Assembly (NCBI GenBank): GCA_030390025.1
Contig: CM059438.1
Span: 76,942,001 to 77,006,000 of the forward strand
From: Squalus acanthias
Lineage: Eukaryota
Reading direction: 5' to 3'
Length of the DNA stretch: 64,000 bases
Positions 1-12,889 of this stretch are shown here, piece by piece; the stretch's first letter is position 1, and each line of letters starts with the position of its first letter. Below the pieces are notes generated by a model. The model was not told the origin of the DNA and ran no database searches. It worked only from the letters and a program-made list of their open reading frames with translations. Both the position numbers and the translations under genes were made by a program.

Positions 1-2090
1 TGACGATAGACAAGCAATGGCTAGCATTTAAAGAATTAATACATAATTTACAACAAATATACATTCCTTTTAAGGCACAAAAACCCCACAGGAAAAGTGG
101 TCCATCCGTGGCTAACGAGAAGTTAAAGATAGTATTAGATCAAAGGAAGAGGCTTATAATGTTGCCAAAAAGAGTAGTAAGCCTCAGGATTGGGGGGATT
201 TTAGAATTCAGCAAAGGAGAACCAAGAAATTGATAAAGAAAGGGAAAATAGAATAGGAGAGTAAACTAGTGAGAGACATTAAAAACAGTCTGTAAAAGCA
301 TCTATAGCTATGTAAAAAGGAAAAGATTAGCGAAAGTAAATGTGGGTCCCTTACAGGCTGAGACAGCAGAAATTATAATGGGGAATAAGGAATTGGCAGA
401 GAAATTAAACAAATACTTTTGTGTCTGTCTTCACAGAAGAAGACGCAAAAAACCTCCCAGAAATAGTGGAGAACCAAGGGTCTAGCGAGAATGGGAAACT
501 GATAGAAATTAGGATTAGTAAAAAAAAAAGTACTTGAGAAATTAATTGGACTGAAAGCCGATAAATCCCCATGACCTGATGGCCTACATCCTAGGGTTTT
601 GAAAGAGGTGGCTATAGAAAGAGTGGATGCATTGGTTGTCATCTTCCAAAATTCCATTGCTTCGAGAATGGTTCCTGCAGAAGGTATCAAATGTAACCCC
701 ACTATTTAAGAAAGGAGGGAGAGAGTAAACGGGGAACTACAGACCAGTTAGCCTGACATCAGTAGTAGGGAAAATGCTAGAATCTATTATTAAGGACGTG
801 GTAACAGGCCACTTAGAAAATAATAATAGGATTGGACAGAGTCAACATGGATTTATGAAAGGGAAATCATGTTTGACAAATCTGTTAGTTTTTTGAGGTT
901 GTAACTAGCAGAATAGATAAGGGGGAACCAGTGGATGTGGTGTATTTGGATTTTCAGAAGGTATTCGATAAGGTGCCACACAAGAGGTTATTAAACAAAA
1001 TTAGGGCCCATGGGATTGGGGATAATATACTAGCATGGATTGAGGATTGGTTAACGGACAGAAAGCAGAGTAGGAATAAACGGGTCATTTTCGGGTTGGC
1101 AGGCTGCAACTAGTGCTTGGGCCTCAGCTATTCACAATCTATATCAATGATTTGGATGAGGGGACCAAATGTAATATATCCAAGTTTGCTGATGATACAA
1201 AGCCAGGTGGGAATGTAAGGTGTGAGGAGGATGCAAAGAGGCTTCAAGGGGATATAGACAGGCTAAGTGAATGGGCAAGAACATGGCAAATAGAATATAA
1301 TGTGGAGAAATGTGAAGTTATCCACTTTGGTAGGAAAAATAGAAAAGCAGGGTATTTTTTAAATGGTGAAAGATTGTGAAATGTTGGTGTTCAGAGGGAC
1401 CTGGGTGTCCTTGTATGCGAATCACTGAACATTAACATGCAGGTAAAGAAAGCAAATGGTATATTGACCTTTATTATAAGAGGATTTGAGTATAAGAGTA
1501 AAGATGTATTACTGCAATTAAACCAAGGGCCCTGGTGAGACCACACCTGGAGTATTGTGTACAGTTTTGGTCTTTTTACCGAAGGAAGGATATACTTGCC
1601 ATAGAGGGAGTGCAACGAAGGTTCACCAGACTGATTCCTGGGATGGGGGGATTGTTTTATGAGGAGAGATTGAGTAGACTAGGCCTATATTCTCGAGTTT
1701 AGAAGAATGAGAGGTAATCTCATTGAAACATACAGCATTCTTACAGGGCTTGACCGGGAGGATGTTTCCCCTGACTGGGGAGTCTGGAACCAGAGGTCAC
1801 AGTCTCAGAATAAGGGGTCGGCCATTTAGGACAGAGATGAGGAGAAATTTCTTCACTGAGAGGGTGGTGAATCTTTGGAATTCTCTACCCCAGAGGGCTG
1901 TGGAGGCTCAGTCGTTGAGTATATTCAAGACTGAGATCAATAGATTTTTGGATATTAAAGGAATCAAGGGATATGGGGATAGTGCAGGAAAGTGGAGTTG
2001 AGGTTGAAGATCAGCCATGATCTTATTGAATGGCGGAGTAGGCTCGAGGGGTTGAATGGCCTACTCCTGCTCCTATTTCTTATGTTCTTA
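1..2090 (+). mobile_element. Degenerate CR1-clade LINE (3' part of ORF2 with RT, plus 3' tail), running off the window start
   Basis: ORF fragments 931-1113 (DVVYLDFQKVFDKVPHKRL), 1113-1379 (FTIYINDLD..SKFADDTK) and 1723-2001 (TRGHSLRI..RRNFFTERVVNLWNSLP) are CR1 RT/C-terminal motifs. It has frameshifts, lacks the GVPQGS motif near 1112, and ends in an ATTTCTTATGTTCTTA tail. Confidence 0.95.
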
Positions 2091-2414
2091 TTGCTACAGT
2101 CCACATAGCAGACATACAACGATACCATATGTAAAGTAAGTGCGCTGTTTCCCTCAAAATGAAGGTGAAGAAGCTGATGACTTTCCAACCAGACCAAAAT
2201 ACAGGAGTTTTAAAGAGAATGAGAAAAATTAAGCCATTACAGTACCTTAGTTATACATTCTTCTCACTAAAATATAAAATTAGTCAGAAAGGCAAATATA
2301 GACATTAATATATATTTTTCCCCTAACAGAAATTGAACAGTGCAAAGGATTGTTGCAGTGACTCCGCCAGATTCTGACCAAAATTTTAAGAAGTACTGGA
2401 TAAAGGCCAACACA

Positions 2415-2625
2415 ATGAGTTCCCTTGATGCAGCAATAAAGACTGAAAATAGAGATGATGAGAGTGAAGTGCATGCTGAGTTGTGGCAAGATGAATCCAA
2501 AGATCACAAGAGCAACAATAACGTTAATGACAACGCACGTGAGGTAGCGGAGATCTGTGTTGTGATTGGTGAGGATGGGGCTCAACGGTGTTCTGAACAG
2601 GATCAACCCAATAATCGATCCAGTG
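2415..2625 (+). CDS. ZNF618: ZNF618 ortholog, first visible coding exon (exon probably starts at 2330; CDS given from ATG 2415)
   Basis: Encodes MSSLDAAIKTENRDD..ELWQDESK..AEICVVIG, resembling the ZNF618 N-terminus (VKTE..VIWQ..AEICVVIG). Acceptor TTTTTCCCCTAACAG ends at 2329; donor G|GTAAAT at 2625/2626 (phase 1). The start position is uncertain. Confidence 0.8.
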
Positions 2626-2714
2626 GTAAATATTAACATTCAAGTCTATCTATATATCTATCTTAAAAATCTTATGTTTTGTGCTCACTTCCTGTACTCA
2701 CTTCTTGTACACGG

Positions 2715-2771
2715 ACATAGACCAGTTGGGCCGAATGGCCTTTTTTGTGTTGTAGATTCTATGTAATTCTA
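2715..2771 (+). repeat. Short CR1-type 3'-tail remnant
   Basis: TTGGGCCGAATGGCC...GTAGATTCTATGTAATTCTA resembles the stem-loop plus ATTCTATG tail of CR1/CR1-SINE 3' ends. Confidence 0.55.
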
Positions 2772-5700
2772 CATTAACCTTTTTCCTGTGTTACATTTTT
2801 GTCACGGAAAGCCCATATGTCAACAGCCACAATGGAAAACCCAATGTTAAATAGTTGATAATAGGAAAACTATAATAAATATTTTGCAATCAATAGTTTA
2901 ATTAATCAATCACTTAAAATCTCATTTCACAATAGCATGATTAAACTTAGCCATTATTTTTTCTGTCTTCTAATACCTTCATTAAAGTTTTTACTTGGAG
3001 GCTTCAACTTGGGCTTTGACATGGTATTTTTGCCCAAAGTGTTGGCCCTGTTAGTAGAAGACAGGTCCTGCAGTCTGATCATGTATAATGTGCCAAATGA
3101 TAGAGCACTTCTCTTCCAGTCTTTTACAAAGTCTATTCAATTGCTTTTCAAAACTAGTTGAAGAAAATTTATAGAGTACAGATTTCAAAAAGATTTCAAA
3201 AGCTGTATGTCTGTCGGCTGCTTACACACCTATTGTACCACATCTTAATTATATTCTATAAGGTTGAGAAAGCATATTAAGGTGAAGTAGACTGTGTCTT
3301 CATTCTAATTTTAATTATTATTCAGTTGAATTCTGAAACCAAGCAGAAAACCCATAACTATTATTACTGGTCTTTTGTTGATAGAAAATGTAAACAATTT
3401 CATTAATGGCACCTGCGTGACAGAGGGAGAGACATAGACAGAGAGGCAGTGTCTTTCCTAATCGTAAGTTTAAAAAAAAATTACTCGAGTTGAATCTTGA
3501 AAATGGAATTTAAATAATGTCACTATAAATCAATGACCCTGATGTGAAAGTGTCCCTTTCTTGTTCTAAAACAATGTATCCTCAGATTCACCATGAGCAA
3601 TACAATATAACCAGAAATATTGATTAGTGCTGGTTTCATTATGTACAGTATGGTTACCACTGACCACCATATGATGATATCTGTATCGGTTTATGTACAA
3701 GCCTGTTGGGACAGGAGAGGTCCTACACATTCTGTAAGCTTTTCCTTCTTCCGAATAATGTCCTCAAGATGCTTAATCTACTGGTTGAACACTGGTAAAT
3801 TTGACCCAATGAGAAAAGTTGAACTTGAGCGATTGAGGCTTAAATATGATCTTGCACATTGAAAATTGTGTTTTTTATACTACATGTACTGTACAAAGCC
3901 ATCAACAAGTAAAAAAGAAGCTGGAATTTTAAACAAAACTTGGTGAAGCAGCAGATTGACTTGGAGTGGTTATGATGGTTAGGGACTTTCCAAAATTGTG
4001 TTAGCTGGAATGAGATCCGACGAACTTTTACTCCCTATTTTGCTTCCCCCCAAAGTATATTCCGCCTGCCTGACCTGACCTGACTTGAACGCTCCCATAT
4101 TTGCAGGTTTAGGTCCTTTGTTTAGGCCAACGCAACCCAGATGCAGATCTATTATCCCTTGGCCTGAAAGGGTTGTAGCAGCAGCAATAACTGCCTGCTT
4201 TTGGGGCCTTTGGCTACTCTCCAGAAGCAACGGATTAGAAGGTCCTGAGCCCCAGAGATTGATGGAGTAGCGGGAAAAAAAGAGTAACTTGTCTTTGTGG
4301 GTCTTAAATGGCCATTCCTGCCCCTCTCAGATCCTTTTTATCTGTTGGGGGCTGGGTGCAAGGTGTAATGCCAGCTTCTGGGCGCTCCAGCATTTGATTG
4401 CCTGCCCTGACTTATCTCGAGGAAAATTAGGTGGATAGTGTTGATGGAAGGTAATTCAACAGGATCAGCTGTCCCTGAATGAGGAATATGTTCTGCACTA
4501 GTTTTTTTACTTCTGCCGTATGCCAGCATCATACCTTTATCTAATTGCCTCCATAAACTGGAACATAACCATTTATTTGCTAAAAAGTCTGCATTTTTTA
4601 GCTTTTGGTGACATTTGATTCTGCCTGAAAACAAATTGAGTTTTAAGTCTCGTCTATTTGTTTCCTTAGCTTATTGTAATCTCTGGTTCACTGATTTTGC
4701 ATGGGAACTTCTTACTTTCTACCGTATCAATTTTCTGCATAAGTTTGAATACTTTGATTGTAGGCCCTTTGTTAGTCTTTTGTAATGACAACAAATAGAA
4801 TTCTCTGAGACCCCTAACTCAGTGCTGTTAAGTATAAATTTTAGGAATGTAGTCTTAACCACAAATTAATGTCTACTTTCAGACAGCCGGATTGATAGTT
4901 GATTAATGTGCCTTCCGGTGAAGATTAAAGGAATTTGTGACCTTCTGGTATTTATTGTGGATGCAACTAGTTGCTCCTAGGTCTTTTCTAATGCCATTCT
5001 TGGCAGCTGCTACGATGAGCAAAAAAAAAGAGAGATATTGAAACAAACATCTTGTTAAGCTCCATTCACATAAATGTATAAAATTGTACCTGGCATGAGT
5101 CTCCACCTTCAAGAAAGGTGAGGGAACCAATGGCTAAATCTGCGAACATTATTTTGTGAAATTGAAGTCCCCAAATATTGCCACCAGTGGAAAAGAGCCA
5201 TCATCAGTTCCTTGTATTGGTAGGTGGAAGGGAGGAGGATCACCTGGTAGAAAATTTCTCAAAGGGAAAATGTCTCGGATGACTTTACTTCATGAAGACA
5301 ATTTTAATCTTACATGTACACTGAGATTAGTTAATATCATCAAGGACTGGAAATCCTGAGCATCATTCTGCTGGTTCAGTTCGGGCAGGGGAGCTGTTTA
5401 AATCATCAGAATTCAGCCAAGAATGCCATTGGTAATAAAAGCTGGGAAATGGGGTCTGTAAAGTATTACAAAACATTGTGCAGTATAAGTGCTTGCATGG
5501 TTTTAAAGCTTGCAAATACAGTAAGTAATCTCATTTCGAAAGCACTGTTTTATTTTGGTACACTAGTGGTAGAAAAGCACCAAGAAGCTATCATAGAGAT
5601 TTTGTAAAAATCTGCAGTAATGGAAATTTTGGCCACAATTCAACTCTGGAAAAATGCCGCAATAGGTTTGTTTTGTATTGTATATAGTACTTTGTCAAAC

Positions 5701-7422
5701 AGCATTTATTTAAACAATTGGTGGAGGGAGAGAGGAGGCCAAGTTGATTGTGGTGTTCATATATAGATCCTGAGGTACATCAGTCTTGGGGTGAAAGTTA
5801 CTGGAAGGTGTTCTGTGGAGGCAAAATGTGAGAACACATGCTCCTGTATCCAGTGTTCAATAGTTATTTTCATTGGGTTGCACAGAGCTGTGCTGAAACT
5901 CTACCTCGAACTAGTGGATCCATTATTCCATGGTGGTACTATAGTGGTCACGAAGGTCATGTCAGTACATTCACATTTTATGCTGAATTGTGCTGAATAC
6001 CATTCTGCTCATTGAGATCCTGCTGTTTGCTGCCCACCTAGTGAGCACTCAAACCTGTGCTGTTGTCTAAAAGCTAGTGACTATTCCCTTTGGCGGCAGG
6101 AGAGAGAAGATAGTAGGATCTCTTTGTGGTTGAGGTGGCTTCAAGATCATGTGTTTTGTGATGGAAGATTGGAACCAAGTCATTCTTCTGTGGTAGATTC
6201 AGTAATCTGATATCTAACCTGATACTCTGAGCCAGGGAAGTCAGCAGTAGTCCAAGCAATGTTGATAATTTACTTGCCAGCTTGATTGATGAATGGGACC
6301 TGAGAGGATAGAGCCTCATCACTGGGACTGAGATTCTTCCACTTGGCTGCAAATAATTCTGCAAACCAATACCCCAACATGGCTGGACGCTCAGTGAGAA
6401 GCTTACCAGTGTTCATTGCTGATAAGACGTGTGATTTTTGCCTGATTAAAATCCAACAGTAACACTTTCTATGCTTAAGAATCCCTTAAAGAGCTTATAC
6501 CAACTTGTAACTACTGTCTGAACTAAGTAAGGTATGTCCCTCGGGAGGAGTGACATTTATACCAGCAAACAAGCTTTACCTGTGTGGATTTCTCAGTAGC
6601 TTGGATTGGAGATCTTTAAGCATGTGTGATCTCCACACATGTCAGTTATGCAGATGACCAAAAAGAAATTTGTAATTTATTGCTTGGACATGACTTCACA
6701 ACTTTTTTTTCAGCTATTAACTAACTGCTCCAGCTATTTTGAGCAAGAGTGTCCCCATTGCAGTTGCATTCTTTTCCTGTCATCAACACCAGTGGTATTT
6801 TATGTGCCCTGCAAAAATAATAAGTCTGTGTTGGGTTATTTCAAAATAATTCTTAATATTGAGAGTTTTGCTACTTATGCTCAGTTTAAAAAAAAAAAAA
6901 AAAAAATTTGTATGAGAAATAGTTTTCAATGTCGGACACACACATCTCCCATTTTGACCACAGTTATCCTTGTGCATCAAAAATCTCATAAGAATGAAGT
7001 TACAGCTCGGCTCCTCTTTTGAGGCAAGAACAGCGAGCACTAAGAAAGGTACTAAGAGGGTGCACAGAAATAACGCATGAAGAATCAGTATATGCAGTGT
7101 GTCATAAAGTCAATTGAAACCAAATTCGGGAGAGGTGTGTAACGGGCGACCAATCGATATCGCTCTCTTTACACTATCGGCAAAAGTTAACATGACCCCA
7201 CTCTCACTCCAGTTTCTGTTTTCTGCCTGTCTGATTATTATTCATGCAAAACATCTAGGTGGTTCCTGAGAATAGGCATGGAGCAGGGGCGACAGCGGAG
7301 GAAAAAAAAGAGGGAAAATAGGAAAAATGTGGAAGGAGGTGGGGTAAAGAAGCTACTGCCTTTTTTCTGCCTGCCATTTTACTGTTTTTTTTCTGACATT
7401 GCTGCTGCTCTAATTTTTACTT

Positions 7423-10400
7423 TAAGAACATAAGAAATAGGAGCAGGAGTAGGTCATAAGGCCCTTCGAGCCTGCTCCGCCATTCAATAAGATCATGACT
7501 GATCTTCTACCTCAACTCCACTTTCCCGCCCTATCCCCATATCCCTTGATTCCTTTAACATCCAAAAATCTATCGATCTTCGCCTTGAATATACTCATCT
7601 ACTGAGCAATCCATAGCCCTCTGGGGTAGAGAATTCTAAAGATCCACAACCCTCTGAGTGAAGAAATTTCTCCTCATCGCAGTCCTAAATGACCGACCCC
7701 TTATCCTGAGACTCTCTAGACTCTCCAGCCGGTGAAAACAGCTTCTCAGCATTTAGCCCTCTAAGAATTTTACACATTTTAATGAGATCACCTCTCATTA
7801 TTCTAAGCAGGCCCATTCTACTCAATCTCTCCTCACAGGACAACCCTCTCATCCCAGGAAACAATCCAGTGAACCTTTGTTGCACTGCCTCTAAGGCAAG
7901 TATATCCTTCCTTGGGTAAGGAGACCAAAACGGTACACAGTGTTCCAGATGTGGTCTCACCAAAGCCCTGTACAATTGTAGTAAGACTTCTTTACTCTTA
8001 TACTCCAACCCCCTTGCAATAAAGGCTAACATATAATTTGCCTTCCTAATCATTTGCTGTACCTGCATGTAAACTTTCTGTGATTAGTGTACAAGGACCC
8101 AAAATCACTCTGAATCCCAATCTAACTAGTATCTCACCTTTTAAAAAATATTCTGCTTTTCCATTCTTGCTACAAAAATGGATAATTTCACACTTCCCCA
8201 CATTATACTCCATCTGCCACCTTCTTGCCCAATCACTAAACTGGTCTATATCCCTTTGCAGCCTCCTGGCGTCCTCCTCACCGCTTACTTTGCCACCTAC
8301 CTTTGTATCGTCGGCACACTTGGATATACTGCACACGGTCCCCTCATCTAAGTCATTGATATAGATTTTAAATAGCTGAGGCCTAAGCACTTAGCCTTGC
8401 GGCACACCACTACTGACACACTGCCATCCCGAAAATGACCCGTTTTTTCCTACTCCCTGTTTACTATCCGTTAACTAATCCTCAATCCATGCTAATAATG
8501 ACCCCCAATCCCATGAGCCCTAATCTTCTGTAACAACCTCTTTTGTGGCACCTTATCGAATGCCTTCTGAAAATCCAAATATACTACATCCACTGGTTCC
8601 CCCTTTTCTACCCTGCTAGTTAAACCCTCAAAAAAACTCCCAATAGAATTGTCAAACACAATTTCCCTTTCATGAAACTGTGTTGCCCTTACCTAATCAT
8701 ATTGTGATTTTTCCAAGTGCCCTGTTACCACGTCCTTAACAATAGATTCGAGCATTTTCCCTACTACTGATGTCAAGCTAATTGGCCTATAGTTCCCTGA
8801 TTTCTCTCTCCCTCCTTTCTTAAACAGCGGGGTTACATAGAATCAGAGAATGGTTACAGCACAGAAGGAGGCCATTTGGCCCATCGAGCCCATGCCGGCT
8901 CTCTGCAAGAGCACTTCAGCTAGTCCCACTCCCCCGCCCTTTCCCCGTAGCCCTGCAAATTTTTTTCCTTCAGGTACTTATCCAGTTCCCTTTTGAAAGC
9001 CACAATTGAATCTGCCTCCACCACCCTTTCAGGCAGTGCATTCCAGATCATAACCACTCGCTGCATAAAAAAGTTTTTCCTCATGTCGCCTTTGGTTCTT
9101 TTGCCAGTCACCTTAAATCTGTGTCCTCTGGTTCTCAACCCTTCTGCCAATGGGAACAGTCTACTCGGTCTAGACCCCTCATGATTTTGAACACCTCTAT
9201 CAAATCTCCTCTCAACCTTCTCTGCTCTAAGGAGAACAACCCCAGCTTCTCCAGTCTATCCATGTAACTGAAGTCCCTCATCCCTGGAACCAATCTTTTC
9301 TGCACCCTCTCTAAGGCCTTCACACCCTTCCTAAAGTGCGGTGCTCCAGTTGTGGCCGAACCAGTGTTTTATAAAGTTTCATCATAACTTCCTTGCTTTT
9401 GTACTCTATGCCTCTATTTATGAAGCCCAGGAATCCCGTGTGCTTTTTTAACTGCTTTCTCAACCTGCCGTGCCACCTTCAATGATTTGTGCACATATAC
9501 CCCCTCCCAGGTCTCTCTGTTCATGCACCCCTTTTAGGATTGTACCCTTTAGTTTATATTGCCTCTCCTTGTTCTTCCTACCAAAATGTATCACTTCACA
9601 CTTTTTTGAGTTAAATTTAATCTGCCACGTGTCCACCCATTTCACCAGCCTGTCTGTGCCTTCTTGAAGTCTGTCACTGTTCACTATACTTCCAAGTTTT
9701 GTGTCATCTGCAAATTTTGAAATTGTGTCCTGTACATCCAAGTCATTAATATATATCAAGAAAAGCAGTGGTCCTCGTACTGACCCCTGGGGAACACCAC
9801 TGTATATCTCCTTCCAGTCCGAAAAACAACCGTTCACTACTACTCTCTGTTTCCTGTCACTTAGCCAATTTTGTATCCATGCTGCCACTGTCCCTTTTAT
9901 TCCATGGGCTTCAACTTTGCTGGTAAGCCTATTATGTGGCACTTTATCAAACGCCTTTTGGAAATCCATGTACACCACATCCACATTGCCCTCATCAACC
10001 CTCTCTGTTACCTCATCAAAAAATTCAGTCAAGTTGGTTAAATACGATTTGCCTTAAACAAATCCGTGCTGGCTTCCCTTAATTAATCCACACTTGTCCA
10101 AGTGACTGTTAACTTTGTCCCTGATTATCGTTTCTATAAGCTTCCCCACTACCAAGGTTAAACTGACTGGCATGTAGTTGCTGGGTTTATCCTTACATGC
10201 TTTTTTGAACAAGGGTGTAACCTTTGCAATTCTCCAGTCCTCTGGCACCACCCCCCGTAGCTAAGGAGGATTGGAAGATTATGGCTAGTGCCTCCGCGAT
10301 TTTCTCCTTAACTTCCCTCAGCATCCTAGGATGCATCCCATCCAGTCCTGGTGACTTATCAACTTTAAGTACAGACAGCCTTTCTAGTACGTCCTCTTTA

Positions 10401-11340
10401 TCAATTTTTATCTCAGCCAGTATCTCCACTACCTCTTCTTTCACTATGACATTTGCTACCTTCCAATCCACTGGGACCGTTCTAGAATCTAGGGAATTCT
10501 GGAAGATCAAAACCAATGCATCCACTATCTCTGTAGCCTCCTAGGATGTAGGCCATCAGACCCAGGGGTTTGACGGCTTTTAGTCCCATTAATTTCTCCA
10601 GTACTTTATCTTTACTAATATTAATTACTTTAAGTTCCTCACTCATTAGACCCTTGGTTTCCCACAATTCCTGGTATGTTATTTGTGTCTTCTACTGTGA
10701 AGACAGAAACAAAATATTTGTTGAACGTCTCTGCCATTTCCTTATTCCCCATTATAATTTCTCCTGTCTCTGCCTCTAAGGGACCCATGTTTACTTGCTA
10801 ATCTCTTCCATTTTACATACTTGTCAAAGCTCTTATAATCTGTTTTTATATTTCTTGCTAGTTTACTCTCATTTTATTTTCTCCCTTTTTATCAATTTCT
10901 TGGTCATCCTTTGCTGATTTTTAAAAACCCTCCCAATCCTCAGGCTTACTACTCTTTTTGACAACATTGTAAGCCAATTCTTTTAATCTAATACTCTATA
11001 GTTAGCCATGGCTGTACCACTTTCCCAGTGGCGTTTTTATTCCTCGATGGAATTTTTATTTGTCGAGAATTATGAATGATTTCTTTAAATGTTTGCCATT
11101 GCTTATCTACAATCATATCTTTTAACCTAATTTCCCAATTAACCTCAGCCAGCTCACCTCTCATACCTCTGTAATTGGCTTTGTTTAAATTTAAGACCCT
11201 AGTTTCGGACTTAACCACATCGCTCTTAAACTTAATATGAAATTCCCTCATATTATGATCACTCTTCCCCAGAGGATCCTTTACCATAAGGTTACTAATT
11301 AACCCTGTCTCATTACACAATACTAGATCTAAAATAGCCT
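7423..11340 (-). mobile_element. Degenerate CR1 LINE (outer element, same family as 1-2090), interrupted by a nested CR1 at 8839-10448
   Basis: 3' tail TAAGAACATAAGAAATAGG at 7423. Minus-strand ORFs: 7685-8068 ([16 protein letters not shown]), 8046-8390 (YINDLD..KCADDTK), 10482-10667, and 10988-11320 (LGKSDHN, endonuclease end). Confidence 0.93.
8839..10448 (-). mobile_element. 5'-truncated CR1 LINE of a second subfamily nested in the outer CR1
   Basis: Has its own 3' tail (CATAGAATC..CAGCACAGAAGGAGGCC). RT ORF 9460-10032 contains YMDFQKAFDKVPH, GVPQGS and KFADD. ACAT occurs at both junctions (8835-8838, 10449-10452), where the outer element is split. Confidence 0.92.
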
Positions 11341-11727
11341 TGTTTCTCTGTCCTTTTTATTCTTGATGTCTTTATTCACCTTTTGGAGTCTGTCTTGTGC
11401 TGTGCGAATGTCATACCTAGTACGACTATGAGAGAATTTTGTGACAGTTTAGAATATGGACATGAGAAAACCTACAAGGCAAAATGCATGTTTTGCTACA
11501 TCTATCTTGGCAACCATAGGAATTTCCCCTCAATAAGAAATCTTCTCCTTGCCCCAGCTCTACACACATTCAGCTTTTAGCAGGGACTACTGGATAGTGA
11601 TCATAAGTGACAATCCTGGCTAATGTTTTGTTTTAGTTCCCTTGCCGATACTAGCTTGCAGTTACTTGAGGCCACTACATTATTTCAACCACATCTTGGT
11701 CACTGATCTCTTTATTACTTCCAACAG

Positions 11728-11814
11728 ACATTGACGGGCAGCCTGGGAAACCAAACCAAGTGAATGACAAAGAGGAGAATATGGAGTGGAAACCACAACA
11801 ACAGGCCTCACTAA
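11728..11814 (+). CDS. ZNF618: Candidate ZNF618 cassette exon (87 nt, phase 1-1)
   Basis: Acceptor CTCTTTATTACTTCCAACAG and donor A|GTGAGT. Open in the required frame: (D)IDGQPGKPNQVNDKEENMEWKPQQQASL. Purine-rich. No homology recognised. Confidence 0.6.
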
Positions 11815-12644
11815 GTGAGTAACAATAATTAAAAGTTTGTATTACCAAGCTGCAAATCATGCAGTATTGGCATCTACACTACATAGCAGATGTTGCTGTC
11901 CCTGCATGTAAAATCTTTTTAGTTATGTGATATTAGAAGAATAAATGGTAACTCCATGGTTTGGGGTATTTTCTTTATACTGGATAAACTTTTTTGATTT
12001 GTTGTTCATCCATTACATGAATCTTTTGAAAGAAGAATGTTGCTCAAGGTTTGGCTATTTTTTGAATATATAAAAAAAATTTAAAGGTTCTAGAGAAATA
12101 TTGCACAAAATACAGAGCACAATCCTGTTTCAACGCCATAACAAATTAGTTTTTGGCCGTTCTATAGCATAATCTTTTGCTAAATCTTACACAATTTAGT
12201 GCCCTGTTTACTGTGCAAATTTTTAAATATAAACTGTTTATTTAGCTAATCCTGTAGTAATTCCTTTGGTGAGTTCCATATGATATAGGATTGTTGGGCA
12301 CTTCAGTAGCTTTATGAATACAAGATTACTCCTGTAATTATCCCGTTCTGTTGGTGAGATGTATTGTTTAATCGGTAGTCTTGACTGTGAGTTCGCAATA
12401 GCAAATATGTACTAAGTAACTATAGTCTAATGATTCTAGAAATAATTAGAAATTCAGTGTAGACCAGAAACATCACCACCGAGTACAGCAGCTATTTTCA
12501 TTGCAGTACTGTACTGGAAACCTCCCGGTGATTCAGCCACTTGTATGACGGAGCTGTAATCCCTGTTAATAGTGTCTTTAAATGGGAACTCTGACAAATC
12601 AATCTATTATTGAATGGTATCGAGCTTCTTCTTTCTTTTAAACA

Positions 12645-12850
12645 AAAAGAACTCGCATTTATACAGCACCTTATGTTTCTCAGAAAAGTGCTTCACGTAC
12701 GATAAATTAATTTTGAAGTGCAAATAACTGTTATGCAGGGGATTGTGGCAGCCATTTTAGGCACAGTAAGATTTCACAAACATCAGTGAGATGAATAACC
12801 AGTTTGGCCTGGGCATGCTGGACAGTTCCCTGTTCTTTGTTGAATAGTTT
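12645..12850 (-). mobile_element. Degenerate Deu/L2-tailed SINE remnant
   Basis: AAAGAACTCGCATTTATACAGCACC...GGCAGCCATTTT resembles the reverse complement of the 3' half of the SINE at 19621-20062. Confidence 0.55.
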
Positions 12851-12889
12851 CTGAGCCAAACTAACACTACGAGTGCTTGCCTGATGGCT

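Noticed and set aside
2334-2336. Selenocysteine or readthrough TGA
   Set aside because: No SECIS could be identified, and a downstream ATG or alternative acceptor explains it more simply.
9460-10032. 190-aa reverse transcriptase ORF as an active or domesticated RT (or retron-like) gene
   Set aside because: It is a fragment of a 5'-truncated, frameshifted CR1 copy.
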